58,705 nucleotides of DNA, from the NCBI GenBank assembly GCA_043228905.1, contig JBHGNT010000182.1, forward strand, positions 1 to 58,705, read 5' to 3'. Of the stretch, positions 42,501 to 54,700 are shown one piece after another. Positions within the stretch are counted from its first letter, which is position 1. Each line of letters opens with the position of its first letter. The stretch comes from Azolla caroliniana. Taxonomy: Eukaryota > Plantae > Polypodiophyta. Made by a program: the position numbers and the translations under genes. The notes beneath the pieces were generated by a model that did not search any database, was not told where the DNA came from, and was given only the letters and a program-made list of their open reading frames with translations.

Positions 42501-43793
42501 TTCATGTCTCTCAGCCTGAGTTTCAAAATCATGATTTTTGAATTCGATATCATAGCAAGCTTCGTTAGCTACGATTCGAATGTTTGAACTCTAAAATCCG
42601 ATATCACAAGAGCCATGTACGAACATTTTCATTTCGTCACGACCTCTAGTCTACATTTTCCTCAAATTTGCTTTTTTCTTCATGTCTCTCGGCCTGAATT
42701 TTAAAATCTTGATTGGTGTATTCTATATTATAGAGTACTTCGTTAGATTCGATTCGCATGTCTAAACACAAAAATTAGATATCACACGAGCCATTTATGA
42801 ACATTTTCATTCACTGAGGAGCTCTTTTCTACGCCTTCCTCAAATTTGCTTTTTCTTCATGTCTCTCGGCCTGAGTTTCAACATCATTATTTTTGAGTTC
42901 GATATCATACCTAGCTTCGTTAGCTTCGATTCGACCTGAGTTTAAACTGTAATATCTGATATCACACGTGCCATGTATGAACATTTTCATTTATTCACGA
43001 CCTCTTGTCTACGGCTTCCTCAAATTGGCTTTTTTCTTCATGTCTCTCGGCCTGAGTTTCAAAATCTTGATTGTTGTATTCTATATTATAGAGTACTTCG
43101 TTAGATTCGATTCGCATGTCTAAACACAGAAATCAGATATCACACGAGCCATCTATGAACATTTTCCGTCATTGTGGAGCTCTTGTCTACGCCATCCTCA
43201 AATTTGCTTTTTTCTTCATGTCTCTCAACCTGAGATTCAAAATCATAATTTTTGAATTCGATACCATAGCTAGCTTCGATAGCTTCGATTTGCATGTATA
43301 TGCACCAAAATCCGATATCAAACGAGCCATCTATGAACATTTTCATTTACTCACGACCTCTAGTCTATGGCTTTCTCAAATGTGCTTTTTTCTTCATGTC
43401 TCGCGGCATGAGTTTCAAAATCTTGATATTACAATTCTATATTATAAAGTACTTCATTAGATTTGATTCGCATGTCTAAACACAAATATCCGATATGACA
43501 CGAGCGATCTAGGAACATTTTCATTCACTGAGGAGCTCTTGTCTCTGCCTTCCTCAAATTTGCTTTTTTCTTCATGTCTCTCGACCTGAGTGTCAAAATC
43601 ATGATTTTTGAAATCGATAACATAACTAGCTTCGTTAGCTTGGATTCGCATGTTTAAACACCAAAATCCGATATGACACGAGCCATCTATGAACATTTTC
43701 ATTTATTCACGACCTCTAGTCTACGGCTTCCTCAAATTTGCTTTTTTCTTCATGTCTCTCGACCTGAGTTTGAAAATCATGATTTTTGAATTC
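39561..43793 (+). repeat. 178-bp satellite, subfamily E: alternating dimer (~356-bp HOR)
   Basis: Monomers alternate between GATATCATAGCTAGCTTCGTTAGC...TTTACTCACGACCTCTAGTCTACGGCTTCC and TATTATAGAGTACTTCGTTAGATTCG...CATGTCTAAACACAAA...CA(T/C)TGAGGAGCTC. Confidence 0.85.
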
Positions 43794-44347
43794 TGGCGCA
43801 TGAGTAAATGAAAATGTTCATATCTGGTTCGTGTGATATCGTATTTTTGTGTTCAAACATACGAATCGAAGCTAATAACGCTTGCTATGATATGGAATTG
43901 AAAAAAGCAATGTTGAGGAGGGTGTAGAGAAGAGCACGTGAGTAAATGAAAATGTTCATAGCTGGCTTGTGTGATATCAGATTTTTGTGTTCAAACATTA
44001 GAATCAAAGCTAACAACACTAGCTATGATATGGATTTGAAAAATGACGATTTTGGAACCCAAGTCAAAAGACATGAAGAAAAAAGATAAGTTAATCAGGC
44101 TAGAGACAAGAGCGTGTAGGTAAATGAAAATGTTCATACCTGGCTCGTGTGATCTTGGATTTCTGTGTTCAAACGTGTGAATCAAAGCTAACAACGCTTG
44201 GTATGATATGGAATTGAAAAATGATGATTTTGAAACTCAGGTCGAGAGAGATGAAGAAGAAAGCATACTTGAGGAGGTCGTAGACAATAGCTCGTGAGTA
44301 AATGAAAATGTTGATACCTGGCTCGTGTGATATCGGATTTTTGTGTT

Positions 44348-44693
44348 TGTTGTTGGAGTGGGGGGTGAAACTTAGAATGGCTTCACCCCCCTCCCAAGGG
44401 GGTTACGTTAGAGAGAGAGCAAAAGAGAAAGAAAAATAGAAAATGACACAAAATGAGAGGGAGAAAATGTATATCTCATTACATACCCCATAGGGGGTTT
44501 ATATAATACATCCAATGTAACGGTTACATGACTGTTATAAATAAGACCGTTACACATTCTTGTACACATGCACATAATTGTGCATGTGTCCATACACATA
44601 CTCATCCTCACACACTCATTTACTTTACACATACACATCAACAACATCATTACACATACCCTGATGCCTCCCCGTATATTCTTAGGGATAACA
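44348..44693 (-). mobile_element. Solo LTR of an LTR retrotransposon (346 bp)
   Basis: Non-satellite insert with TGTT...AACA termini, flanked by a 5-bp TSD with one mismatch (GTGTT 44343-44347 / GTATT 44694-44698). The satellite resumes in phase (GTGTT|CAAACAT). The minus strand has TATATAAACCCC followed by a CT-rich tract, as in plant LTRs. No internal domain is present. Confidence 0.85.
44497..44506 (-). promoter_or_regulatory. Putative TATA box of the solo LTR
   Basis: Top-strand GGGGGTTTATATAAT reads ATTATATAAACCCCC on the minus strand, about 190 bp in from the LTR 5' end and upstream of a pyrimidine-rich tract. Confidence 0.45.
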
Positions 44694-47600
44694 GTATTCA
44701 AACATACGTATCGAAGCTAACAACGCTAGCTATTATATGGAATTGAAAAATCATGATTTTGAAACTCAGGTCGAGAGACATGCAGAAAAAAGCAAAGTTG
44801 AGGAGGTCATTGACCTAAGCGCATGAGTAAATGAAAATGTTCATACCTGGCTCGTGTGATATTGGATTTCTATGTTCAAACATGTCAATCAAAGCTAACA
44901 ACGCTTGGTATGATATGGAATTGAAAAATGATGATTTTGAAACTCAGGTCGAGAGAGATGAAGAAGAAAGCATAGTTGAGGAGGTCGTAGACAACAACTC
45001 GTGAGTAAATGAAAATGTTGATACATGGCTCGTGTGATATCGGATTTTTGTGTTCAAACATACGTATCGAAGCTAACAACACTAGCTACGATATGGAATT
45101 GGAAAATCATGATTTTGAAACTCAGGTCAAGAGACATTAAGAAAAAAGCAAAGTTTAGGAGGGCGTAGACAAGAGTGAGTAAGTAAATGAAAATGTTCAT
45201 ACCTGGCTCGTGTGATATCGGACTTTTGTGTTCAAACATGCAAATCGAAGCAAACAATGTTAGCTATGATACAGAATTGAAAAATCATGATTTTGAAATT
45301 CAGCTGGAGAGATATGAAGAAAAACGCAAAGTTGAGGAGGTCGTAGACAAGATCTCGTGAGTAAATGAAAATGTTCATACCTACGTTGTGTGATATCAGA
45401 TTTTTGTGTTCAAACATTCGAATCGAAGTTAACAACACTAGCTATGATATGGAATTGAAAAATCATGATTTTGACACTCAAGTCAAGAGATCTGAAGAGT
45501 AAATGAAAATGTTCATACCTACCTCATGTGATATCGGATTTCTATGTTCAAACATGTGAATCGAAGCTAAGAACGCTAGCTAGGATAGAGAATTGAAAAT
45601 TTATAATTTTGAAACTTCGGTCGAAAGACATGCAGAAAAAAGCAAGGTTGAGGAGGTCATAGACAAGAGCGCATGAGTAAATGAAAATGTTCATACTTGA
45701 CTCGTGTGATATGGGATTTTTGTGTTCAAATATGCGAATCAAAGGTACCAACACTAGCTATGATAGAGAATTGAAAAATCTTGATTTTGAAATTGAGGTC
45801 AAGACACATTAAGAAAACAACAAAATTGAGAAGGGTGTAGACAAGAGCGCGTGAGTAAATGAAAATGTTCATACCTAGCTCGTGTGATATCGGATTTTTG
45901 TGTTCAAACATATGAATCCAAGCCAACAACGCAAACTATGATATAGAATTGAAAATTCATGATTTTGAAATCTAGGTCGAGAGACATGAAGAAAAAACGC
46001 AAAGTTAACGAGGCTGGAGACAAGAGCGCGTATGTAAATGAAAATGTTCATACCTGGTTTATGTAATATCGGACTTTTGTGTTCAAACATGCGAATCGAA
46101 CTTAACAACGCTAGCTATCATATGGAATTGAAAAATCATGATTTTGAAAACTCAGGAGGAGAGACATGAAGAAGAATGCAAAGTTGAGGAGGGCATAGAC
46201 AAGAACGTGTGAGTAAATGAAAATGTTCATACCTGGCTCGTGTGATATCAGATTTTTGTGTTCAAACATGCGAAGGGAAGCTCACAACGCTAGCTATGAT
46301 ATGGAATTGCAAATTCATGATTTTGAAACTCAGGTCCAGAGACATGAAGAAAATAGGAAAGTTCACGAGGGTGGAAACAAGAGCGCGTGAGTAAATGAAA
46401 ATGTTAATACCTACGTTGTGTGATATCGGATTTTTGTGTTCAAACATTCGAATCGAAGCTAACAACCCTAGCTATGATATGGAATTGAAAATTCATGATT
46501 TTGACACTCAGGTCGTGAAACCTGAAGAGTAAAGCAATGTTGGCGAGGGTGGACACAATAGCGCATAGGTAAATGAAAATGTTCATACCTACCTCAGGTG
46601 ATATCGAATTTCTATGTTCAAACATGCGAATCGAAGCTAAGAACGCTATCTAGAATAGAGAATTGAAAAATCATAATTTTGAAACTCAAGTAGAGAGACA
46701 TATAGAAAAAAGCAAGGTTGAGAAGGTCATAGACAAGAGCGCATGAGTAAATGAAAATGTTCATACCTGTCTCGTGTGATATCTGATTTTTGTGTTGAAA
46801 TATATGAATCGAAGCTAACAACACTAGCTATGATAGAGAATTGAAAATTCATGATTTTGAAATTCAGGTCAACACACATTAAGAAAACAACAAAATTGAG
46901 AAAGGTGTAGACAAGAACGCATGAGTAAATGAAAATGTTCATACCTGGCTCGTGTGATATCGGACTTTTGTGTTCAAACATACGAATCTAAGCCAATAAC
47001 ACTAGCTATGATATGGAATTGAAAAATCATGATTTTGAAACCCAGGACGAGAGACATGAAGAAAAAAACAAAGTTAACGAGGCTGAAGACAAGAGCGCGT
47101 ACGTAAATGAAAATGTTCATACCTACTTCATGTAATATCGGACTTTTGTGTTCAAACATGCGAATCCAAGCTAACAACGCTAGCTATCATATGATATTGA
47201 AAAATCATGATTTTGAAAACTCAGGAGGAGAGACATGAAGAAGAATGTTATGTTGAGGAGGGCATAGATAAGAACGTGTGAGTAAATGAAAATGTTCATA
47301 CCTGGCTCGTGTGATATCGGATTTTTGTGTTCAAACATGCAAATGGAAGCTAACAACGCTAGCTATGATATGGAATTGCAAATTCATGATTTTGAAACTC
47401 AGGTCCAGAGACATGAAGAAAATAGGAAAGTTCACGAGGTTGGAAACAAGAGCGCGTGAGTAAATGAAAATGTTCATACCTACATTGTGTGATATCGGAT
47501 TTTTGTGTTCAAACATTCGAATCGAAGCTAACAACGCTAGCTATGATATGGAATTGAAAATTCATGATTTTGACACTCAGGTCGTGAGATCTGAAGAGTA

Positions 47601-50600
47601 AAGCAATGTTGATGAGGGTGGAGACAAGAGCGCATAGGTGAATGAAAATGTTCCTACCTACCTCATGTGATATCGAATTTCTATGTTCGAACATGCTAAT
47701 CGAAGCTAATAACGCTAGCTAGGATAGAGAATGGAACTTTTATAATTTTGAAACTCAGGTCGAGAGACATATAGAAAAAAGCAAGGTTGAGGAGGTCATA
47801 GACAAGAGCGCATGAGTAAATGAAAATGTTCATACCTGGCTAGTGTGATATCGTTTTTTTGTGTTTAAACATGCGAATCGAAGTAACAATACTAGCTATG
47901 ATAGTGAATTGAAAAATCATGATTTTGAAACTCAGGTCAAGCCATATTAACAAAACAACAAAATTGAGAAGCGTGTAGACAAGAGCACGTGAGTAAATGA
48001 AAATGTTCATACCTGGCTCCTGTGATATCGGATTTTTGTGTTCAAACATACGAATCCAAGCTAACAACGCTAGCTATGATATGGAATTGAAAAATCATGA
48101 TTTTGAAACCCAGGTCGAGAGACATGAAGAAAAAAGCAAAGTTAACGAGGCCGGAGACAAGAGCGCGTACGTAAATGAAAATGTTTATACCTAGGTCATG
48201 TAATATAGGACTTTTGTGTTCAAACATGCGAATCGAAGCTAACAATGCTAACTATCATATGGAATTGAAAAATCATGATTTTGAAACTCAGGAGGAGAGT
48301 CATGAAGAAGAATGCAAAGTTGAGGAGGGCATAGACAAGAACGTGTGAGTAAATGAAAATGTTCATACCTGACTCGTGTGATATCGGATTTTTGTGTTCA
48401 AACATGTGAATGGAAGCTAACAACGCTAGCTATGATATGGAATTGCAAATTCATGATTTTGAAACTCAGGTCCAGAGACATGTGATATCGGATTTTTTTG
48501 TTCAAACATACGAATCCAAGCTAACAACGCTAGCTATGATTGAAAATTAAAAAATGAGGATTTTGAAACTCAGGTGAAAGACATGAAGAAAAAAGCAAAG
48601 TTGAGGAGGTCGTAGACGAGATCGCGTGAGTAAATGAAAATGTTCATACCTGCCTCGTGTGATATCGAATTTTTGAGTTCAAACATGCAAATCGAAGCTA
48701 ACAACGCTTGGTATGATATCAAATTGAAAAATCATAATTTTGAAACTCAGGTCGATAGAAATGACCAAGAAAGCAATGTTGAGGACGGCGTAGACAAGAG
48801 CGTGTCAATAAATGAAAATCCCTAAACCTGGCTTGTGTGATTTCAGACTTTTGTGTTCAAACATGCAAATCGAAGCTAATGACACCCTCTATAATATGGA
48901 ATTGAAAAATGATGATTTTGAAACTTAGGTCGAGAGACACGTAGGAGAATGCAAAGTTGAGGAGGTCATAGACCATAGCGCATGAGGAAATGAAAATGTT
49001 GATACCTGGCTCGTGTGATATCAGACTTTTGTGTTCAAATATGCAAATCGAATCTGACAACAGTAGCTATTATATGGAATTGAAAAATCATGATTTTGAA
49101 ACTCAAGTCGAGAGACATGTAGGAGAATGCAAAGTTGAGGAGGTCGTAGACCAGAGCACATGAGGAAATGAAAATGTTCATACCTGGCTCGTGTGATATT
49201 GGGATTTTGTGTTCAAACATACGAATCGAAGCAAACAACACTAGCTATGATATGGAATTGAAAATTCATTATTTTGAAACTCAGGTCGAGAGACCTGAAG
49301 AGTAAAGCAAAGTTGACGAGCGTGGAGACAACAGTGCGTAGGTAAATGAAAATGTTCATACCTGCCTAATGTGATATCGGATTTTAATGTTCAAACATGT
49401 GAATCGAAGCTAACAAAGCTAGCTACGATATGGAATTGAAAAATCATGATTTTGAGACTCAGGTCAAGAGACATGAAGAAGAAAGCAAAGTTGAGGAGGG
49501 CGTAGACAAGAACGTGTGAGTAAAGGAAAATGTTCATACCTAGCTCGTGTGATATCGGATTTCTGTGTTGAAACATGTGAATCGAAGGAAACAACGCTAG
49601 GTATGATATGGGATTGAAAAATCATGATTTTGAAACTCAGGTCGAGAGACATGAAGAAGAAAGCAAAGTTGAGTAGGGCGTAGACAAGAACGTGTGAGTA
49701 AATGAAAATGTTCATACTTGGCTCGTGTGATATCGGATTTTTGTGTTCAAACTTGTGAATCAAAACTAACAAGGCTAGCTATGATATGGAATTGAAAAAT
49801 CATTATTTCGAAACTCAGGTCGAGAGACATGAAGAAAAAAGCAAAGTTGAGGAGGTCGTAGACAAGAGGGCATGAGTAAATGAAAATGTTCATACCCGGC
49901 TCGTGTGATATCGGATTTTTGTGTTCAAACATTGGAATCGAAGCTAAGAACGCTAGCTATGATATGGAATTGAAAAATCATGATTTTGAAACCCAGGTCG
50001 AGAAACATGAAGAAAAAAGCAAAGTTAATGAGGTTGGAGACAAGAGCACGTAGGTAAATGAAAATATTCATACCTGGCTCGTGTGATATCTGATTTTTGT
50101 GTTCAAACATGCGAATCGAAGCTAATAACGCTAGCTATCATATGGAATTGAACAAAAATGATTTTGAAACTCAGGTCGAGAGACATGAAGAAGAATGCAA
50201 AGTTGAGGAGGGCATAGACAAGAACGTGTGAGTAAATGAAAATGTTCATAACTGACTCGTGTGATATTGGATTTTTCTATTCAAACTTGCGAATGGAAGC
50301 TAACAATGCTAGCTATGATATGGAATTGAAAAATCATGATTTTGAAACACAAGTCCAGAGACATAAGGAAAAAAGGAAAGTTCACGAGGGTGGAGACAAG
50401 AGCGCGTAGGTAAATGAAAATGTTTATACCTGCCTCATGTGATATCGGATTTTTGTGTTCAAACATGCGAATCAAAGCTAACAACGCTAGTTATGATGTG
50501 GAACTGAAAAATCATGATTTTGAAACTCAAAGCAAGAGACATGAAGAAAAAAGCAAGCTTGAGGACGGCGTAGACAAGAGGGCGTGAGTAAATGAAAATG

Positions 50601-50948
50601 GTCATACCTGGCTCGTGTGATATCGGATTTTTGTGTTCAAACATGGGAATTGAAACTAAAGAAGCTAGCTATGACATGGAATTGAAAAATCATGATTTTG
50701 AAACTCAAGGCAAGAGACATGAAGAAAAAAGCAAAGTTTTGCCAAAGGGTAAACAAGAGCGCGTGAGTAAATAAAAATGGTCATACCTGTCTCGTGTGAC
50801 ATCGAATTTTTGTGTTCAAACATGCAAATCGAAGCTAACGAAGCTAGCTATGATATGGAATTGAAAAAGCATAATTTGGAAACTCAGGGCAAACATGCAA
50901 ACATAGCTATGATATCAGATTTTTGTGTTCAAACATGCGAATCGAAGC

Positions 50949-51273
50949 GGTTTCATAAACGGTTTGGTTCTTGTTTTTCATAAATGGTTTGGTTTCTTTC
51001 TGGTTTTCTTGTAAACGGTTTGGTTTTGTTCTAAATTGTTCGTAAACAGTTGGTTTAAACGGTTTCATTTCTCCTACTTTTTAAATGTTTTGGTTTAAAC
51101 GGTTTGGTTTCGCCTACTTTTTAAATTGTTTGGTATAAACAATTCAGTTCTAAGAGGTTTGATTTAAATGGCTTCAAAATTGTCAAAAGGTTTGGTTTGG
51201 TTTTTTATTAATAAATGGTTTGGTTTGGTTTCAAGGCCAAAAAACCGAACTGAAACGAAACCGAACCTAGCCC
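50949..51273. mobile_element. Probable truncated end of a non-autonomous DNA transposon (hAT/MITE-like)
   Basis: Dense GGTTT/AAACGGTTT motifs (AAACGG at 50957, 51013, 51057, 51097) switch to AAACCGAAC motifs and end in CCGAACCTAGCCC. This resembles plant hAT subterminal arrays. No second TIR or TSD is visible. Confidence 0.55.
51051..51140. repeat. 40-bp tandem repeat, ~2.25 copies
   Basis: TGGT(T/A)TAAAC starts at 51051, 51091 and 51131; CCTACTTTTTAAAT is repeated. Confidence 0.8.
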
Positions 51274-51709
51274 ATTGGTATTGCTACTAAAGAACGAGAA
51301 CTTGTCAACCCATATCAAAAGCCTCAACAACTTATGGTGTACCTTATAGAAATGTTTTTCGGTGAAGGAGATTGAATACTACATTTGTTCTCTAGCAGAA
51401 GTATGATTTAAATTGTTGTTAGCTATGCTCACATAATCGTAACCCTTTAGGTTTGGCTAAAACAATTCTTTTTGCACTTTGATTATAGGTACTACATCTG
51501 CGTTTGTTTTGAAGATTTTTCAAAATACTATTGCATTGGAGAAGGAAGAGGAACAAGTTCCATTAATTTGAGGATAAAAGCCTTATGGGAATGCCTAGAT
51601 CAAGATGAGGAGTAGGGGCAAAGCACATCACGAATACGGAATGGTTTCGACCTGCCTCTCGTGAGCCTATTCCTCCCTTAGTTGGTGAACCTAGGGAGGT
51701 AATTGACCT
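51274..51709. other. Unique non-satellite DNA of unknown origin (possible gene or TE fragment)
   Basis: No similarity to the monomer and no ORF of 60 aa or more. It contains an intron-like segment at 51401-51488. Confidence 0.6.
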
Positions 51710-51720
51710 TGAGTGTCAAA

Positions 51721-54700
51721 TCCCTCCTCTAATTTACTAATTTCTTCCTGTCTCTCGACCTGAGTGTCAAAATCTTTATTTTTTAATTCCATATCATAGC
51801 TAGTGTTGGGAGATTCGATTCGCATGTTTGAACACAAAAATCGGATATCACACGAGCCAGGTACGAACATTTTAATTTACTCACGCGCTCTTGTCAACTC
51901 CATCCTCTAATTTGGTAATTTCATCATGTCTCTCGATCACAGTTTCAAAATCTTGATTTTTTAATACCATATCATAGCTAGTGTTGTTAGCTTCGATTCG
52001 CATGTTTGATCACAAAAATCCGATATCACAATAGCCAGGATAAACATTTTAATTTACTGACGCGCTCTTCTCAACTCCCTCGTCAAATTTACTAATTTCT
52101 TCATGTCTTGCGACCTGAGTTTCAAAATCCTTATTTTTTAAGTCCATATCATAGCTAGTGTTGTTAGTTTCGATTCGCATGTTGGAACACAAAAATCCGA
52201 TTTTACACGAGCCAGGTATGACAATTTTAATTTAATGACGCGCTCTTCTCAACTTTCTCCTCTGATTTACTAATTTCTTCATGTCTCTCGACTTGAGTTT
52301 CAAAATATTGATTTTCTAATTCCATATCATAGCTAGTGTTGTTAGCTTCGACTCGCATGTTTCAACACAAAAATACGATATCACTCGCTCTTCTCAACTC
52401 CCTCCTCACTTTTGGTAATTTCTTCATGTCTTTCGACCTGAGTTTTAAAATCTTGATTTTTTAATTCCATATCATATCTAGTGTTGTTAGCTTCGATTTC
52501 TTCATGTCTCGCTACCTGAGTTTCAAAATCTTGATTTTCTAATTCCATATCATAGCTAGTATTGTTAGCTTCGATTCGCATATTTGAACACAAAAATCCG
52601 ATATCACACGAGCCAGGGTATGACAATTTTCATTTTTTTAAATTTCATATCATAGCTAGTATTGTTAACTTCGATTCGCATGTTTGAACACAAAAATCCG
52701 ATATCACACGAGCCAGGTACTGACAATTTTAATTTAATGACGCGCTCTTCTCAACTCGCTCCTTTGATTTACTAATTTCTTCATGTCTCTCGACTTGAGT
52801 TTCAAAATCTTGATTTTCTAATTCCATATCATAGCTAGTGTTGTTATCTTCGACTCGCATGTTTGAACACAAAAATACGATATCACACGACCCAGGTATG
52901 ACAATTTTAATTTAATGACGCGCTCTTCTCAACTTTCTCCTAAAATCCGATATCACACGAGCCAGGTATGACAATTTTAATTTACTGATGCGCTCTTCTC
53001 AACTTTCTCCTCTAATTTACTAATTTCTTCATGTCTCTCGACATGAGTTTCAAAATCTTGATTTCCTAATTCCATATCATAGGTAGTGTTGTTAGCTTTG
53101 ATACGCATGTTCGAACACAACAATCCGATATCACACGAGCCAGGTATGAACATTTTAATTTACTCACGCGCTCTTCTCAACTCCCTCCTCTAATTTACTA
53201 ATTTCTTCATGTCTCTCGACCTGAGTTTCAAAATCTTGATTTTCTAATTCCATATCATAGGTAGTGTTGTTAGCTTCGATTCGCATGTTTGAACACAAAA
53301 ATCCGATATCGCACGAGCCAGGTATGAATATTTTAATTTACTCTCGGGCTCTTCTCAACTCCCTCCTCTAATTTACTAATTTCTTCATGTCTCTCGACTT
53401 GAGTTTCAAAATCTTGATTTTTTAATTCCATATCATAGCTAGTGTTGGGAGATTCGATTCGCATGTTTGAACACAAAAATCCGATATCACACGAGCCAGG
53501 TACGAACATTTTAATTTACTCACGCGCTCTTGTCAACTCCATCCTCTAATTTGGTAATTTCTTCATGTCTCTCGACCACAGTTTCGAAATCTTGATTTTT
53601 TAATTCCATATCATAGCTAGCGTTGTTAGCTTCGATTCCCATGATGGAACACTAAAATCGGATATCACACAGGCCAGGTATTACAGTTTTAATTTACTCA
53701 CGCACTCTTCTCAACTCCCTCCTCACTTTTGGTAATTTCTTCATGTCTCTCGACCTGAGTTTCAAAATCTTGATTTTTTAATTCCATATCATAGCTAGTG
53801 TTGTTAGCTTCGATTCGCATGTTTGAACACAAAATTCCGATATCACACGAGCCAGGTATGACAATTTTAATTATTTTTAATTCCATATCATAGCTAGTGT
53901 TGTTAACTTCGATTCGCATGTTTGAACACAAAAATACTGGATCACACCAGCGAGGTATGAACATTTTAATTTACTCACGAGCTCTTCTCAACTCCCTCCT
54001 CAAATTTTCTAATTTCTTCATTTCACTCGACGTAGGTTTTAAAATCTTTATTTTTTTATTCCATATCATAGCTAGTGTTGTTAGCTTCGATTCGCATGTT
54101 TGAACACAAAAATCCAATATTACGCGAGCCAGGTATGAACATTTTAATTTATTCACGGGCTCTTCTCAACTCCCTCCTCAATTTTGCTAAGTTCGTCATG
54201 TCTCTTGACCTGAGTTTCAAAATCTTTATTTTTTCAATCCATATCATAGCTAGCGGTGTTAGCTTCGATTCGCATGTTTGAACACTAAAATCCGATATCA
54301 CACGAGCCAGGTATGAACATTTTCATTTCCTAACGGGCTCTTCTCCACTATCTCCTCAAATTTGCTAACTTCGTCATGTCTGTCGACCTGAGTTTCAAAA
54401 TTATAATTTTTGAACTCAATATCATAGCTAGCGTTGTTAGCTTCGATTCGCATCTTTGAACAAAAAAATACTGGATCACACGAGCCAGGTATGAACATTT
54501 TAATTTACTCACGAGCTCTTCTCAACTCCCTCCTCAAATTTGCTAATTTCGTCATGTCTCTCGACCTGAGTTGCAAAATAATAATCTTTCAATTCAATAT
54601 CATTGCTAGCGTTGTTAGCGTCGAGTAGCATCTTTGAACACAAAAATACTGGATCACACGAGCGAGGCATGAACATTTTAATTTACTCACGAGCTCTTCT

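Larger units (their letters stand above)
43794..50948 (-). repeat. 178-bp satellite, subfamily F (B-like, inverted), interrupted by a solo LTR
   Basis: The top strand reads GAGTAAATGAAAATGTTCATACCTGGCTCGTGTGATATC and AAGCAAAGTTGAGGAGG, the reverse complement of B-like monomers. A 6-mer periodicity of 1068-1070 bp is seen at 45.5-48.5 kb. Confidence 0.9.

Noticed and set aside
44408-44746. ORFs 44408-44701 (-) and 44528-44746 (+)
   Set aside because: Low-complexity translations (CA/TG-rich) of the solo LTR, running into the satellite.
51215-51273. Helitron 3' end (hairpin plus CTAG at 51267-51270)
   Set aside because: CTAG is followed by C rather than the expected T, and there is no compact GC-rich hairpin. 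The motif array fits hAT-like subtermini better.
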